NCBI GenBank assembly: GCA_964016885.1
Contig: OZ024742.1
Span: forward strand, 324,012,001 to 324,076,000
DNA from: Eledone cirrhosa
Lineage: Eukaryota
Direction of reading: 5' to 3'
Length of the DNA: 64,000 nucleotides
The notes under the pieces are model-generated. The model did not search any database and was not told the DNA's origin. It saw only the letters and a program-made list of their open reading frames with translations. A program made the translations under genes and the position numbers. Below are positions 63,932 through 64,000 of the stretch, in pieces. Position 1 is the first letter of the stretch; each line of letters begins with the position of its first letter.

Positions 63932-64000
63932 ACTATTCAAGACTTGAGTGTACTTACTTTGATAAACTGTGTGATTCTTGATAGCCCCCACTACATGTGA

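Overview
Eukaryotic, very AT-rich, repeat-dominated DNA. The SINE/LINE repertoire and giant (TA)n-type microsatellites suggest a cephalopod (octopus-like) genome, which is an inference. The only host coding sequence I can support is three small minus-strand exons of ArfGAP1 (57853-57921, 56106-56199, 51404-51460); these splice in frame and are missed by the ORF track. The rest looks intronic. It contains young RTE-clade LINEs with a PHD finger embedded in the RT (two near-complete copies, each with one nonsense codon, plus truncated ones), a Penelope-like element (RT + GIY-YIG) with an inverted terminal duplication, a CR1-like LINE, R4/Dong-like RLE fragments, several tRNA-SINE families, a Helentron-like element and a 200-N gap. 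The long IY/YI ORFs are translated microsatellites. The main hidden signal is eight type I hammerhead ribozyme motifs from about six sequence-unrelated families, plus one remnant. They sit in short palindromic, inverted-repeat-bounded or tandem islands, mostly inside or beside (TA)n tracts, and resemble non-autonomous Penelope-derived, retrozyme-like elements.
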